A stretch of DNA of 64,000 bases from Candidatus Latescibacterota bacterium (GTDB lineage Bacteria; Latescibacterota; UBA2968; GCA-2709665): NCBI GenBank assembly GCA_965248435.1, contig OZ252100.1:4448001-4512000 (forward strand), given 5' to 3'. The notes under the pieces were generated by a model. That model was not told the origin of the DNA. It searched no databases and saw only the letters and a list, made by a program, of their open reading frames with translations. The translations under genes and the position numbers were made by a program. Each line of letters opens with the position of its first letter. The first letter of the stretch is position 1. Below are positions 1-10,534 of the stretch, piece by piece.

Positions 1-696
1 GGGCTGAGCGACCTTTCTTCGGGTTGAGGGTAGGAGCGTGCGCCGGACCACGGGGGCCAGCAGCCCGTTCGGGTGTCGTTCCAGAAACAGGGATAGCTTC
101 TTGAGACCCTCCTCCCTGCGGCCCAGATTCAAGGGCCATCTTGCTTTCCCGAACGCAACCGCTTCTTCGATGGTCGATCGCCCGAAGTCGGCTTTCAGGC
201 GCTGGATATCTCGGCCTGAGAGCGTCCCCGTGCCCGCCATCTGGCCCAATCTGTCAGCGGCCCTCGCCTTGAGATGGACGCTCGACTTGCCCGTGAGAAT
301 CCTGGCATATTGTGCCGAAGCGCCATAGACCTGTTTCTGGTGAAAGTAGCAATCTCCGATGACCAGGTCGGCTTCAGGGAGATATCTGCTGTAGGGAAAG
401 TACTCATACAGTTCGACTGCAGCTGCAATGGCTGGGCTGTACTCTTTGAGTTTATAGTGGGTCTTGGCAAGCATCAGCCGAGATGCGGAGGTGCGCTGAT
501 TGGTAGGGAATCGATCGATAACTTCCCTGAACGCCAACCGGGCTTCGGCGTAGTTGCGGTTTATGTATCCCGCCAGCGCGCGTTGGAAGACGGATTCGGC
601 CTGCCGATTGTAGATAACACCAAAGACCGGATCGTCGGCAGACAGAGATGTCGGTGCGAGGAGCGTGAAGGCGAGGATGAAGACCCGGATCCGCAA
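1..696 (-). CDS. Secreted TPR/BamD-like protein, 5' part only (runs off the window edge)
   Basis: Not in the ORF track. Manual reverse-strand translation from TTG 696 gives a signal-like LRIRVFILAFTLLAPTSLSA, then TPR-like helices (AESVFQRALAGYINRNYAEARLAFREVIDRFP, SRLMLAKTHYKLKEY, EADLVIGDCYFHQKQ). Open to position 1. Confidence 0.7.
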   Translation of the reverse strand, partial: MRIRVFILAFTLLAPTSLSADDPVFGVIYNRQAESVFQRALAGYINRNYAEARLAFREVIDRFPTNQRTSASRLMLAKTHYKLKEYSPAIAAAVELYEYFPYSRYLPEADLVIGDCYFHQKQVYGASAQYARILTGKSSVHLKARAADRLGQMAGTGTLSGRDIQRLKADFGRSTIEEAVAFGKARWPLNLGRREEGLKKLSLFLERHPNGLLAPVVRRTLLPSTRRKVAQP

Positions 697-861
697 GGGA
701 GAAACCCCAGGTTCAGGATGATGGAATAGGACTGTTTCGAGGAGGTTTAGAGATGGCGCGGGAAGAAAAAGGGCGGGTGAAGAGGAAGAACATTGCTTTC
801 CCGGCGAATATAAGGTTCAGCACCAAGGGGGTCAAGTGAAAAGCAGGTTTTGGTTTGACCC

Positions 862-890
862 TTGACGCTATCCGGAGCAGGATCTAACTT
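862..890 (+). promoter_or_regulatory. Putative sigma70 promoter for recG
   Basis: TTGACG-17bp-TAACTT about 60 bp upstream of the ATG at 952. Confidence 0.4.
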
Positions 891-951
891 TCGCAACGGT
901 CGTTCGCTTTTGTTCACATTAACAACACCATAATACGGTTCGCGTGTTCGA

Positions 952-3063
952 ATGGATGCCTCGATTTTACTTCCTGAGCTCGGACGTCCAGTCCATTCCC
1001 TGAATGGAATCGGCACTCGCCGGGAGCAGCTGTTGGCGGAAGTGGGCGTTTTTACGGTCGGTGACCTGGTCCTCTTCCCGCCCGCAAGATATGTCGATCG
1101 GAATCGGGAGGCAGGGATCTCAGAGTCGCCGTTGGGCCAGGAGACGACCGTGATCGGCCGTGTGGTAGATTTGGGAACGGTGCCGGGTCGCCGGAGGCGG
1201 TTTCGTGTGATGATTGAGGACACGTCGGGAAAACTGGAGTGCATCTGGTTCGCTGGTTTCGGTCATCTCCCCCAATCGTTGGCGCCTGGCGATTGGCTTG
1301 CAGCGGGGGGACGGGTGTCGATGTTTGAAAACCGTCTGCAGATGGTCCATCCGGAATTGGAGGTCCTTACGGATGGAGACGGGGACGTGCGTCTGCATAC
1401 AGGTCGCATCATTCCCATGTATCGTACCAGCGAACGGATGAAGGCGGCCAGGATGACGACGCGTTCTCTCCGGCGAATCATCTACAATGCTTTGGAGACG
1501 GAGTGCGTCGATCTTCAGGACCCGCTTCCTTCCGAATTGAGGGATCGATGCCGCCTTATGGCTTTCAGTGAAGCCTTACGGAAGATTCACTTTCCGAAGG
1601 CGATGACCGAGGTGGCGGACGCAAGACACAGGTTGGCCTTCGATGAACTCTTTTGTTTCCAGCTTCATATGCTTCGATTGAGGGAAAGGCAGGCCTCTCG
1701 ACCCGCGCCCGTTTTCGACGGGGCGCCGGGAGCCCTTACGAATGCCCTGATCGAATCACTCCCCTTTCGTCTAACGGGCGCTCAAGGGCGCGCGCTGGAT
1801 GAGATCTGGAGCGACCTGGCTTCTCCGGGTGCGATGCTTCGGCTCCTGCAGGGGGAGGTGGGCTCGGGCAAGACGCTTGTTGCAGTGCTCGCGATGACGG
1901 CAGCCGTTGATTCGGGCGCTCAAGCGGCTCTGCTTGTCCCGACCGAGATTCTTGCAAGGCAGCACGCGGAGACGCTCTGGAAAATTCTGGGTCCTGTCGG
2001 ACTTTCAGCGGAACTGTTGACCGGGGCCACGAGTCGGAGCGAGCGTCGACGGATCCTGAGCGGTGTGTCGTCGGGAGAGACCGGCTTAATTGTTGGGACA
2101 CACGCGCTGCTCCAGGGTGATGTGGCGTTCGCCAACCTGGGGTTAGCGGTGGTGGACGAGCAGCACCGATTCGGCGTCCTGCAGCGGGCGGCTCTGCGGC
2201 AGAAGGGCGTCGGGGTGCATCTGCTCGCAATGACGGCCACCCCGATTCCCCGGTCACTTGCGTTGACGGCCTATGGGGATCTGGAGGTGACGGTCCTGGA
2301 CGAACTCCCGGGGGGAAGCAGACAGGTCAGAACGGGATGGCGCATGGCTTCAAAGCGCGAGGAAGCACTGACGTTTGCCCGGGGCGAGGTGGACAAAGGG
2401 GGTCAGGCCTTTGTGGTTTGTCCAGCGATCGATTCGTCCGACGAGAATGACTTCAAGGCGGCGACGCAGGCCCTGGAGGAACTTGGTCGCGGGCCTCTAC
2501 AGGGACTCCGACTGGGGTTGCTGCACGGTCGAATGTCTGCCGACGAGAAGGACGCAGTGATGGCCGGATTTCGAGACGGCGTCATCGATGTTCTTGTATC
2601 GACAACGGTGATCGAAGTGGGGTTGGACGTGCCGAATGCGTCCGTTGTCCTGGTGGAGCACGCCGAGCGATTCGGGTTATCTCAGCTACATCAGATCAGG
2701 GGGAGGGTGGGGCGTGGGGATCGGGACTCTTTCTGCATCCTCATCTCCGGCTCGAGTGATTTGAAGCCCGAAGCGCGTGCACGGTTGGAGGCGATGAAGC
2801 AGACGCAAGATGGATTCAAGATCGCCGAACTGGACTTGAAAATCCGCGGCTCGGGAGAGATCTTCGGAACGAAGCAGGCTGGATTTCCTGCTTTCCGCTT
2901 TGCGGACCTGGCGAAGGATGTGGCATTGATTGTCAGCGCCAGACAGGAAGCCAAGCGTCTGCTGAATTCGGATCCAGACCTGGAACGTCCCGAGCACCAG
3001 GGACTTTGCCTTCGCGCGAGGGCGTTTGACCGGGACGACCTGAGGCTTGTTGAAGCAGGATAG
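952..3063 (+). CDS. recG: ATP-dependent DNA helicase RecG
   Basis: OB-fold wedge; LLQGEVGSGKT, VVDEQHRFG, MTATPIPRSL, HGRM, ERFGLSQLHQIRGRVGRG, DGFKIAELDLKIRGSGE motifs. Confidence 0.97.
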   Translation: MDASILLPELGRPVHSLNGIGTRREQLLAEVGVFTVGDLVLFPPARYVDRNREAGISESPLGQETTVIGRVVDLGTVPGRRRRFRVMIEDTSGKLECIWFAGFGHLPQSLAPGDWLAAGGRVSMFENRLQMVHPELEVLTDGDGDVRLHTGRIIPMYRTSERMKAARMTTRSLRRIIYNALETECVDLQDPLPSELRDRCRLMAFSEALRKIHFPKAMTEVADARHRLAFDELFCFQLHMLRLRERQASRPAPVFDGAPGALTNALIESLPFRLTGAQGRALDEIWSDLASPGAMLRLLQGEVGSGKTLVAVLAMTAAVDSGAQAALLVPTEILARQHAETLWKILGPVGLSAELLTGATSRSERRRILSGVSSGETGLIVGTHALLQGDVAFANLGLAVVDEQHRFGVLQRAALRQKGVGVHLLAMTATPIPRSLALTAYGDLEVTVLDELPGGSRQVRTGWRMASKREEALTFARGEVDKGGQAFVVCPAIDSSDENDFKAATQALEELGRGPLQGLRLGLLHGRMSADEKDAVMAGFRDGVIDVLVSTTVIEVGLDVPNASVVLVEHAERFGLSQLHQIRGRVGRGDRDSFCILISGSSDLKPEARARLEAMKQTQDGFKIAELDLKIRGSGEIFGTKQAGFPAFRFADLAKDVALIVSARQEAKRLLNSDPDLERPEHQGLCLRARAFDRDDLRLVEAG

Positions 3064-3129
3064 TCTCTTTGTTGGTCGCTCGTGTCTCGAGGAAGCAGTG
3101 GGAAACCAGAAACCGGTACCTTTTTTACC

Positions 3130-3158
3130 GTAGGGACGCCCCGACGAGGCGTTTCCAC
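3130..3158. repeat. GTAG-type REP-like palindrome (degenerate)
   Basis: GTAGGGACGCC-CCGACGA-GGCGTTTCCAC. Confidence 0.6.
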
Positions 3159-3208
3159 AGATTCCCAGTGATAACAACAGATCGACGCACTGCACAGGGG
3201 CTTTGTGG

Positions 3209-3237
3209 TTGACACCCCTTTTCTTTTGTGCTAGATT
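3209..3237 (+). promoter_or_regulatory. Putative sigma70 promoter for the pfkB-hflKC...proS cluster
   Basis: TTGACA-17bp-TAGATT with TGn extended -10. Confidence 0.55.
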
Positions 3238-3289
3238 GACTGCTCGTTCTGAGGGGTAGAAGGGAGTTCGCCTACAGAGGAGGTCTCGG

Positions 3290-4270
3290 GTGGCGCGTCC
3301 AGAGCGAAGTTTGGCGATTGTCGGCACGATCAACCGGGACACGATTCGCTCCTCAGACGGTGTGGAATCGGAGAGCTATGGCGGGCTGCTTTACAGCCTG
3401 CTTTCGCTGGCGGCCATAGCGAGTCCTGAAACACGGATCTACCCCGTCTGCAACGTCGGGAAAGACGTAGAGGACGCAGTAAGGAATTTCCTTTCTCCTC
3501 ACCGCCGCATCGAGACCGAGGGCATCCGATTCGTCGATGCCCGGAATCCCCACTGTTTCTTGGAATACGATGCGAATGGGGTCAAGCAGGAGACGCTGCT
3601 TGGGGGCGTGGCACCGCTGGAGTTCGACCGGATCCGCCCTTTCCTGGACTGCGATGCCCTGTGTTTCAACTTTATCACCGGTTCTGAGCTCTCCCTGGAG
3701 ACGCTGCAGGAGGTGCGGCAGGCGAGACGAGGGCTGATTTGTCTGGATGTCCACAGCTTGACGCTGGGCGTCGATCGACATCGCAGGCGGTTCTGGCAGC
3801 GCCCAGATCGCTGGGAATTTTGGCTGGCTTGTGCAGATGTGGTGCAAATGAACGAGGAGGAGGGATCCCTCTTGGCCGACGTTTCCCTACGCGAGGATGA
3901 AGCACTCCTCAGATTTGGGGAACAGGTTTTGGGCCTTGGGCCTAAAGTTCTCCTGGTGACTTCTGGAAAGCGCGGGTCACGCACGGTCTTCCGGAACGCG
4001 TCAGGGGATGTCGGGGTTGTCGGCCTTCCGGCGTTTCGTGCAGCGACAGTCAAGGACGAGACGGGGTGCGGGGACGTATTTTTGATGGGTTTTACCTGGG
4101 CCTACCTTCAGACCCGGGATGTGCCAAGAGCAACTAGATTCGCAAACGATGTCGCCGGTGCCAATTGCGGCCTGCGAGGAATCGAGGAGATTGGAAGCAT
4201 CGGCGATCAGATCGATTTTGAAGCGGTCCTCAATTCACAGGGCACGAAAGCACTTTGCCTTGATGCTTGA
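3290..4270 (+). CDS. PfkB-family carbohydrate kinase
   Basis: N-terminal VGTINRD, MNEEE, VTSGKRG and the C-terminal DETGCGDVF PfkB signature. Confidence 0.88.
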   Translation: MARPERSLAIVGTINRDTIRSSDGVESESYGGLLYSLLSLAAIASPETRIYPVCNVGKDVEDAVRNFLSPHRRIETEGIRFVDARNPHCFLEYDANGVKQETLLGGVAPLEFDRIRPFLDCDALCFNFITGSELSLETLQEVRQARRGLICLDVHSLTLGVDRHRRRFWQRPDRWEFWLACADVVQMNEEEGSLLADVSLREDEALLRFGEQVLGLGPKVLLVTSGKRGSRTVFRNASGDVGVVGLPAFRAATVKDETGCGDVFLMGFTWAYLQTRDVPRATRFANDVAGANCGLRGIEEIGSIGDQIDFEAVLNSQGTKALCLDA

Positions 4271-4281
4271 AGGGTGAGAGC

Positions 4282-5253
4282 ATGCAACAATACGATTTTC
4301 CAAACAGACCCAATTTCGATTTTAATTTCAGCCCCCGCGTGATTTATTACGCACTCGGCGCGCTGCTGCTGCTCTGGATTGCCAGCGGCATATACATCAT
4401 CCAGCCCGCCGAAAGGGCCGTTGTGTTTCGGTTTGGACGATCGACAGGGGTGACGGGCCCGGGCATTCATTATCACCTCCCGACGCCTGTCGAAAGCGTG
4501 GAGGTCGAAAAGGTCGACGAAGTCAAGCGGATCGAGATCGGTTTTCGAACGATCAGTGTGGAACCGACACCGCGCTATCAAAAAGTTCCAAGGGAATCCG
4601 TCATGTTGACGGGGGACGAGAATATCGTGGACGTCGAGCTGATTGTGCAATACCGCATTCGGGACATCGAAGCGTATCTCTTCAACGTCTCTGAACAGAC
4701 CCAGGCCGTCCGCAGCAGCGCTGAGGCAGCGCTTCGTCAGGTGGTCGGGCAGCACCCGATAGACGAGGCGCTCACAGAGGGCAAACTGGGGATCCAGGAG
4801 GAGATTCAGCTGCAGATCCAGGAGGTCCTGGACCTTTATGAGATCGGATTGCGGGTCCAACAGGTGAAACTGCAGACGGTATCTGTTCCCAGGGAGGTGG
4901 ATCACGCCTTCAAGGATGTGGCCAGCGCGAGGGAAGATCGAGAGCGTCTCAGAAACGAGGCCGAGGCCTACCGGAATGACATTATTCCTAAGACGAGGGG
5001 TGAAGCGGAGCGGATGATTCGAGGAGCGGAGGCCTACGAGGTGGAGCGGGTGAAGCGCGCTCAGGGTGATGCCGACCGGTTTCTGGAAGTGCTAAATGAA
5101 TACAGAAAGGCACGGGACGTGACGGAGACCCGGCTCTATCTGGAAACGATGGAGAAGATTCTGCCGAAGATTCAAAAGTACGTAATTGACAATGAGGGGA
5201 ATGGCGGATTGTTGAACATTCTCCAGCTGCAAAAGTCTGAAGGGGGGAAGTAG
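4282..5253 (+). CDS. hflK: FtsH protease modulator HflK
   Basis: N-terminal TM helix, SPFH domain (MLTGDENIVDV, AFKDVASARED, RLYLETMEKIL); paired with hflC. Confidence 0.95.
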   Translation: MQQYDFPNRPNFDFNFSPRVIYYALGALLLLWIASGIYIIQPAERAVVFRFGRSTGVTGPGIHYHLPTPVESVEVEKVDEVKRIEIGFRTISVEPTPRYQKVPRESVMLTGDENIVDVELIVQYRIRDIEAYLFNVSEQTQAVRSSAEAALRQVVGQHPIDEALTEGKLGIQEEIQLQIQEVLDLYEIGLRVQQVKLQTVSVPREVDHAFKDVASAREDRERLRNEAEAYRNDIIPKTRGEAERMIRGAEAYEVERVKRAQGDADRFLEVLNEYRKARDVTETRLYLETMEKILPKIQKYVIDNEGNGGLLNILQLQKSEGGK

Positions 5254-5256
5254 GCT

Positions 5257-6117
5257 ATGAAACCCGCAGTGATCCTTATCGTCGTCGTGATCCTCGTGGC
5301 CGTGTTCGTGGAGGCCACGTTTTTTATCGTGGACGAACGGGAACAGGTTGTGTTGACGCAACTGGGGGAGCCCAGGCGCATCCTGAAGTCGCCCGGGCTT
5401 TACGTCAAGACACCTTTTATCCAGCAGGTGCACGTATTCGAGGATCGGCTGCTTTACAGCGACGCCGACCCAGCGCCGATTTATACCCAGGACAAGAAGA
5501 ACCTGATTGTGGACAACTACGCACGCTGGCGGATCGTGGACCCCTTGCAGTTTTTGAAGTCGGTGCAGAATACCCTCGTCGCGCAGTCCAGGCTTGACGA
5601 TATTATCTATGCCGCCGTCAGGGAAGAACTGGGCCGCCGGACGCTAACCGAGATCGTTTCTGGAAACCGCGGCGAGATCATGAGCCAGGTCACCGAACGG
5701 TCCAGACAGGACGCTCAGGAACTCGGAATCCACATCCTGGACGTTCGGATCAAGCGGGCCGATCTGCCGGAAGAGAACAAGAAGTTTGTGTTCGACCGGA
5801 TGCGTGCGGAGCGGTCGAGGCAGGCCAAGGAGTACCGCGCCGAAGGGGAAGAGGCCGCGCTGAAGATCCGGGCGGAAACCGATTTAGAGGTAACCCGAAT
5901 CACGTCCGGGGCTTTTCAACGGGCCCAACTGATTCGGGGAAAGGGTGATGCACAGGCCCTCGGGATCTATGCCGACGCCTTTCAAAGAGACCCGAAGTTC
6001 TACGAATTTCAGCGTACCCTCGAGGCCTATGAGGTCACCCTGGGTGAAGGTACCGTTTTTGTGATGCCCCTTAAGACCGAATTCCTGAAGTACCTCGGGA
6101 CCGGAAAGAAGAAATGA
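5257..6117 (+). CDS. hflC: FtsH protease modulator HflC
   Basis: TQDKKNLIVDNYARWRI, DVRIKRADLP, RMRAER, FYEFQRTLEAY. Confidence 0.95.
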   Translation: MKPAVILIVVVILVAVFVEATFFIVDEREQVVLTQLGEPRRILKSPGLYVKTPFIQQVHVFEDRLLYSDADPAPIYTQDKKNLIVDNYARWRIVDPLQFLKSVQNTLVAQSRLDDIIYAAVREELGRRTLTEIVSGNRGEIMSQVTERSRQDAQELGIHILDVRIKRADLPEENKKFVFDRMRAERSRQAKEYRAEGEEAALKIRAETDLEVTRITSGAFQRAQLIRGKGDAQALGIYADAFQRDPKFYEFQRTLEAYEVTLGEGTVFVMPLKTEFLKYLGTGKKK

Positions 6118-7133
6118 GCCCAGGTCTTCCCAGCAGGAAGGGCTCGCTGCCGAGCGGGCCGGCCCTGCTGAGGAGGTTGATGAAGTGTTGTAAGGGTAAG
6201 GCCGCTTTTCTTCTGTTGAGTCTTCTCGCCTTTTTCTCTCCCACATCTCCCTCTGCTGTAGAATTGTCCGAATTCGGAACAGAAGGCCTTTCTCTCCGCT
6301 TTCAAGAGGCTGATACATCCATTGCCCGAGTCCTTCTGACCGATCTTGAGAGGGGCCGGGCAGAGATTGCCACGCTGCTGGGAGTGGCAGCACCACGGCG
6401 AGTCACTGTCTACCTCTCGGGTTCTGACGAAGACTTCTCAGATCTCACTCAAGGAAAGATTCCTCACTGGGGTGCGGGCTGCGCGTTTCCTGACCAGGGC
6501 GTCATTGTCCTCCGGAGGCTTCCGGGACAGGTGGAGGCGCTACTGCGTACAGCCCGCCACGAGATGGCCCACATTCTTCTCCACCAGGCACCGGGTGGCG
6601 CAGTGCCGGTCTGGTTCGATGAAGGGGTGGCGATGTGGGCGGCCCGCCAATGGCGGTTCCATGACAGCACAGAGGTCTTTCGAGCCGTGCTTATGGGGGG
6701 GCTCATTCCGCTGAGTGAGATGAAATCCGTCGTTGAGTTCTCTTCCGACGAAGCCGGTTTGGCTTACACAGAGTGTCTGCTGGCGGTTTCATATTTGATT
6801 CATATTTCAGGCCGCGATGCAGTGGCCCGCGTGATTGACCGACTGAGTTCCGGGGATTCCTTCGGTAAGGCCCTTTATCGAACGACGGGCTTCACCGAAG
6901 TCCAGTTCGAAGTGCGATGGACCGAATTCGCGCGGAAACGATTCGGCCCTGCAACCCTGCTGGTACGCACTGAGGCCCTCTGGATCTACATGGCGCTTCT
7001 CACTCTGGTCGCCTATTTGTCGATACGAGTTCGCAGTCGACGAAGGCTCGGCCGTTCTGAAGAGGAGGATGACATTTCCGCCCTCCCGTCCCGGTTGCGC
7101 CTGCAGCTGGAAGACCAGGAGACCGGGCGGTGA
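6114..7133 (+). CDS. Membrane-anchored peptidase MA-like (gluzincin) zinc metalloprotease
   Basis: HEMAH followed by PVWFDEGVA; signal-like segment and C-terminal TM helix. Alternative start at 6180. Confidence 0.75.
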   Translation: MSPGLPSRKGSLPSGPALLRRLMKCCKGKAAFLLLSLLAFFSPTSPSAVELSEFGTEGLSLRFQEADTSIARVLLTDLERGRAEIATLLGVAAPRRVTVYLSGSDEDFSDLTQGKIPHWGAGCAFPDQGVIVLRRLPGQVEALLRTARHEMAHILLHQAPGGAVPVWFDEGVAMWAARQWRFHDSTEVFRAVLMGGLIPLSEMKSVVEFSSDEAGLAYTECLLAVSYLIHISGRDAVARVIDRLSSGDSFGKALYRTTGFTEVQFEVRWTEFARKRFGPATLLVRTEALWIYMALLTLVAYLSIRVRSRRRLGRSEEEDDISALPSRLRLQLEDQETGR

Positions 7134-7744
7134 CCATCGGAGTAACGGGTGGGATTGGTGCCGGAAAGAGCGAGGTCTGCCGAGCCTTCGAGGTCCTGGG
7201 TGGGCTCGTGATCGATGCGGACAAGGTAGGCCACGAAGCGCTCGAGGATCCGGACATTGCCCGAGAACTCGCAGATACGTTCGGGGAAGGTATCCTGGAT
7301 GAAGCGGGCGGTGTGGTCCGTCGGGAGTTGGGACGAAGGGCATTTTCCTCCGAAGAATCCAGGCTGCGGCTCAATGCGATCGTATGGCCTTCGATCAGCA
7401 GTCGCATTCGAAACCGCATTTCGGAGGCGCGGTCGAAGCAGCCGGAGAGGACGGTCGTGATAGACGCTGCCATGATGATCGAGTGGGGGGACCCCAAGAC
7501 ACAGTGCGATGTCCTCGTTGTTGTCGCTGCGCCGCAGGAGATTCGGAAGCGGCGCACGATGGCACGACTTGAGATCTCCGAAGCGGAGGTCGAAGCGCGG
7601 ATGGCGTCACAGATTCCGCAGGCGGAGAAGGTGCGCCTGGCAGACTATGTGATCGAGAATGCGGGTTCCGCTTCAGAGCTGGAATCGGAAGCGGCCCGCG
7701 TCTGGGAACAGATTCACGACAAATCAGGGAAGTCGACCGAATGA
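7130..7744 (+). CDS. coaE: Dephospho-CoA kinase
   Basis: IGVTGGIGAGKS P-loop, IDAD, ARMASQ, ADYVIEN. Confidence 0.95.
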   Translation: MTIGVTGGIGAGKSEVCRAFEVLGGLVIDADKVGHEALEDPDIARELADTFGEGILDEAGGVVRRELGRRAFSSEESRLRLNAIVWPSISSRIRNRISEARSKQPERTVVIDAAMMIEWGDPKTQCDVLVVVAAPQEIRKRRTMARLEISEAEVEARMASQIPQAEKVRLADYVIENAGSASELESEAARVWEQIHDKSGKSTE

Positions 7745-9087
7745 ATTATACGCCTCATACGAAGGAGGATGTGCGGAAGATGCTGGACGTCATCCGCATC
7801 GAATCCACCGCTGACCTTTTCGCCACGGTTCCGAGTCAGCTTCGCTTGAATGCGCTTGATCTGCCTCCAGGTCTCACCGAGATGGAGGCCAAGCAGCTGC
7901 TCGACGGACTGTCCCAAATGGCCAAAGAAGCAGCGCCCGAATTGGTTTTCCTCGGGGCGGGGGCCTACGATCATTTTACGCCAAGCGTCGTGGACGCGAT
8001 CGTCTCCCGCGGGGAGTTCTTTACGGCCTACACGCCCTACCAGGCGGAGGTGAGCCAGGGTACACTTCGTGCCATCTTCGAGTTCCAGACGATGGTTTGT
8101 GAGCTCACTCAGATGGAGGTCGCAAACGCGTCGATGTACGACGGTGCATCTGCGCTGGCAGAGGCGGTACTGATGGCAGCCAGAATCAATGATGGAACGC
8201 AGGTGCTTCTGCCGCGGAGCCTGCATCCTTTCTACAGGCGCGTCGTTGAGACCTATGTGAGGGGCATCGGCCTCGAGATCGTGGAGATCCCCTGGAGCGA
8301 TGATGGCGGAACGATCGACGTGGCGCAGTTGGAGGCCGGATTGAACGAAAACACCGCTGCCGTTGTGCTGCAAAATCCCAATTTTCTTGGCGTGTTGGAG
8401 CCGCTCGAGACGGTTGGACAGGTTGTGGGTCCTTCATCTGCCGCCTATGTATGTGTCGTGAACCCGATCTCGCTGGGTGTCATCCGTCCTCCTGGAGCGT
8501 TCGGAGCGGATATCGTCGTGGGAGACGGCCAGCCTCTCGGACTGCCCCTTTCCTTCGGCGGACCGTATGTGGGATTTCTGGCCACCCGTGAACGCTACCT
8601 TCGCAAGATGCCTGGTCGCGTCTGTGGCGAGACCCGGGATGTGGACGGCAAACGCGGCTTCGTGCTGACGTTGAAGACGAGAGAGCAGGATATCAGGAGA
8701 GAACGCGCCACCTCGAATATCTGTACGAACCAGGCACTTTGCGCAACGGCGGTAACAGTCTATCTCGCGGCTCTGGGACCAGAGGGGCTTCGAGAGGTGG
8801 GGCTCCTGAACTGGAGCCGAAGCCATCGTGCGGCAGATGGGTTGATGGGCCTGGACGGGGTCTCTCGAAGGTTCGCAGGGACCACTTTCAACGAATTCGT
8901 CGTTCAGACGGAGCGCAAGGCCGCTGACGTCCTCGGGGCACTCAGGGAACGGGGCATCGTTGGCGGATTGGACCTGGGTCGATTCTTTCCCGACCTGGAC
9001 GACTGTATTCTTGTGTGCGTGACAGAAACCAAGACCGCTCGAGATGTGAAGGCGCTTATTGGAGCCTGGGGGGCGGCGAGTGGATGA
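7741..9087 (+). CDS. gcvPA: Glycine dehydrogenase (decarboxylating) subunit 1
   Basis: FLGAGAYDH, TAYTPYQAEVSQG, NASMYDGA, REQDIRRERATSNICTNQ. Confidence 0.96.
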   Translation: MNYTPHTKEDVRKMLDVIRIESTADLFATVPSQLRLNALDLPPGLTEMEAKQLLDGLSQMAKEAAPELVFLGAGAYDHFTPSVVDAIVSRGEFFTAYTPYQAEVSQGTLRAIFEFQTMVCELTQMEVANASMYDGASALAEAVLMAARINDGTQVLLPRSLHPFYRRVVETYVRGIGLEIVEIPWSDDGGTIDVAQLEAGLNENTAAVVLQNPNFLGVLEPLETVGQVVGPSSAAYVCVVNPISLGVIRPPGAFGADIVVGDGQPLGLPLSFGGPYVGFLATRERYLRKMPGRVCGETRDVDGKRGFVLTLKTREQDIRRERATSNICTNQALCATAVTVYLAALGPEGLREVGLLNWSRSHRAADGLMGLDGVSRRFAGTTFNEFVVQTERKAADVLGALRERGIVGGLDLGRFFPDLDDCILVCVTETKTARDVKALIGAWGAASG

Positions 9088-10528
9088 TAATCGTTTGATC
9101 TTCGAGATGGGATCAAAAGGGAGGAGATGCGTGCGATTCCCTGACGCTGGTGGACCCGCTCCAGCGATCCCTGAGGAGATGCAGAGAGATCGACCTCCCG
9201 CCCTTCCCGAAGTGAGCGAACTCGAGCTTGTCAGATATTACACACGTATTTCGCAGATGAATTTCAGTATCGACACATCTTTTTATCCGCTCGGGTCGTG
9301 TACCATGAAGTACAACCCGAAAGTACACGAGTGGGCTGCGCGGCTTCCTGGGTTTGCCGAAATGCATCCCTTCGCTCGGGACGCTGATATCGCCCTTCAG
9401 GTGATCTGGGAGATGGAACAGATCCTGAAGGTCGTGACCGGTATGGACGGGTTCACATTCCAGCCTGCGGCGGGGGCCCAGGGGGAGTTCGTCGGAATCT
9501 CGGTGATTTCAGCCCACCACAGGAGCCGCGGAAACCAGAGGCAGGTCGTGTTGATTCCAGACTCCGCGCACGGTACGAACCCGGCGACGGCCTCCATGTG
9601 CGGCTACCGGGTGGAGGCGGTCAGATCCACCGAACGCGGAACCGTTGATGTCACGGACCTCAAGTCCAAGATGAGTGGAGAGGTGGCAGCACTGATGCTG
9701 ACGAACCCGAACACGTTCGGCGTGTTCGAGGACGAGATCCTTGAGATTGCCCAGATCGTGCACGAGGGGGGCGGCCTTCTTTATTATGACGGGGCGAATT
9801 TGAACGCCTTGTTGGGTCAGTGTCGTCCCGGGGATATGGGATTCGATGTGGTCCACTTGAACCTGCACAAGACGTTTACAACACCCCACGGGGGCGGGGG
9901 TCCCGGCTCGGGGCCCGTTGGGGTCAGGGCATCGCTCCTGCCCTACCTCCCGCTGCCAGTCGTCGTAAAGCGTGAGGATGGGATTCGTCTCGACTTTGAC
10001 CGCCCGGAATCGATCGGAAAGATCAGCACGTTTTATGGCAACTTCGGGATGGTCCTACGGGCATTCGTATACGCTCGGATGCTTGGCGCAGAAGGGATGC
10101 GTCAGACCAGCGAGATGGCCGTGCTCAATGCCAACTACATCGCCAAACGGCTGGACGCTTACTACGAGCAACCCAAGAACGCACAGCCGATGCACGAGAT
10201 GGTCCTCTCGGCCTCCCGTCAAAAGCGTGAGCACGGCGTCAACGCGATGGACATCGGCAAGCGGCTGATCGACTATGGCCACCATCCCCCAACGGTCTAT
10301 TTTCCACTTCCGAGCGTCGCGCCCGAGGCGATGTTGATCGAGCCCACAGAAACAGAGAGTTTGGAGCAGTTGGATGAATTCATAGAGGTGATGATTCGTA
10401 TTTCGAAGGAGGCATCGGAGCAACCAGAGCTGCTGCACGAGGCCCCGCACGATACCCCGGTGAGGCGGTTGGATGAAGCTACCGCAGCTCGCAAACCTGT
10501 CTTAAGATGGAAAAAAGGGGAGGCCTGA
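9080..10528 (+). CDS. gcvPB: Glycine dehydrogenase (decarboxylating) subunit 2
   Basis: PLGSCTMKYNP, SAHGTNPA, HLNLHKTF (PLP lysine), PHGGGGPG; GTG start at 9080. Confidence 0.96.
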   Translation: MDDNRLIFEMGSKGRRCVRFPDAGGPAPAIPEEMQRDRPPALPEVSELELVRYYTRISQMNFSIDTSFYPLGSCTMKYNPKVHEWAARLPGFAEMHPFARDADIALQVIWEMEQILKVVTGMDGFTFQPAAGAQGEFVGISVISAHHRSRGNQRQVVLIPDSAHGTNPATASMCGYRVEAVRSTERGTVDVTDLKSKMSGEVAALMLTNPNTFGVFEDEILEIAQIVHEGGGLLYYDGANLNALLGQCRPGDMGFDVVHLNLHKTFTTPHGGGGPGSGPVGVRASLLPYLPLPVVVKREDGIRLDFDRPESIGKISTFYGNFGMVLRAFVYARMLGAEGMRQTSEMAVLNANYIAKRLDAYYEQPKNAQPMHEMVLSASRQKREHGVNAMDIGKRLIDYGHHPPTVYFPLPSVAPEAMLIEPTETESLEQLDEFIEVMIRISKEASEQPELLHEAPHDTPVRRLDEATAARKPVLRWKKGEA

Positions 10529-10534
10529 TTCACG

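Noticed and set aside
274-729. 151-aa plus-strand ORF at the window start
   Set aside because: The minus-strand frame encodes a convincing signal peptide and TPR protein; this ORF is its shadow.
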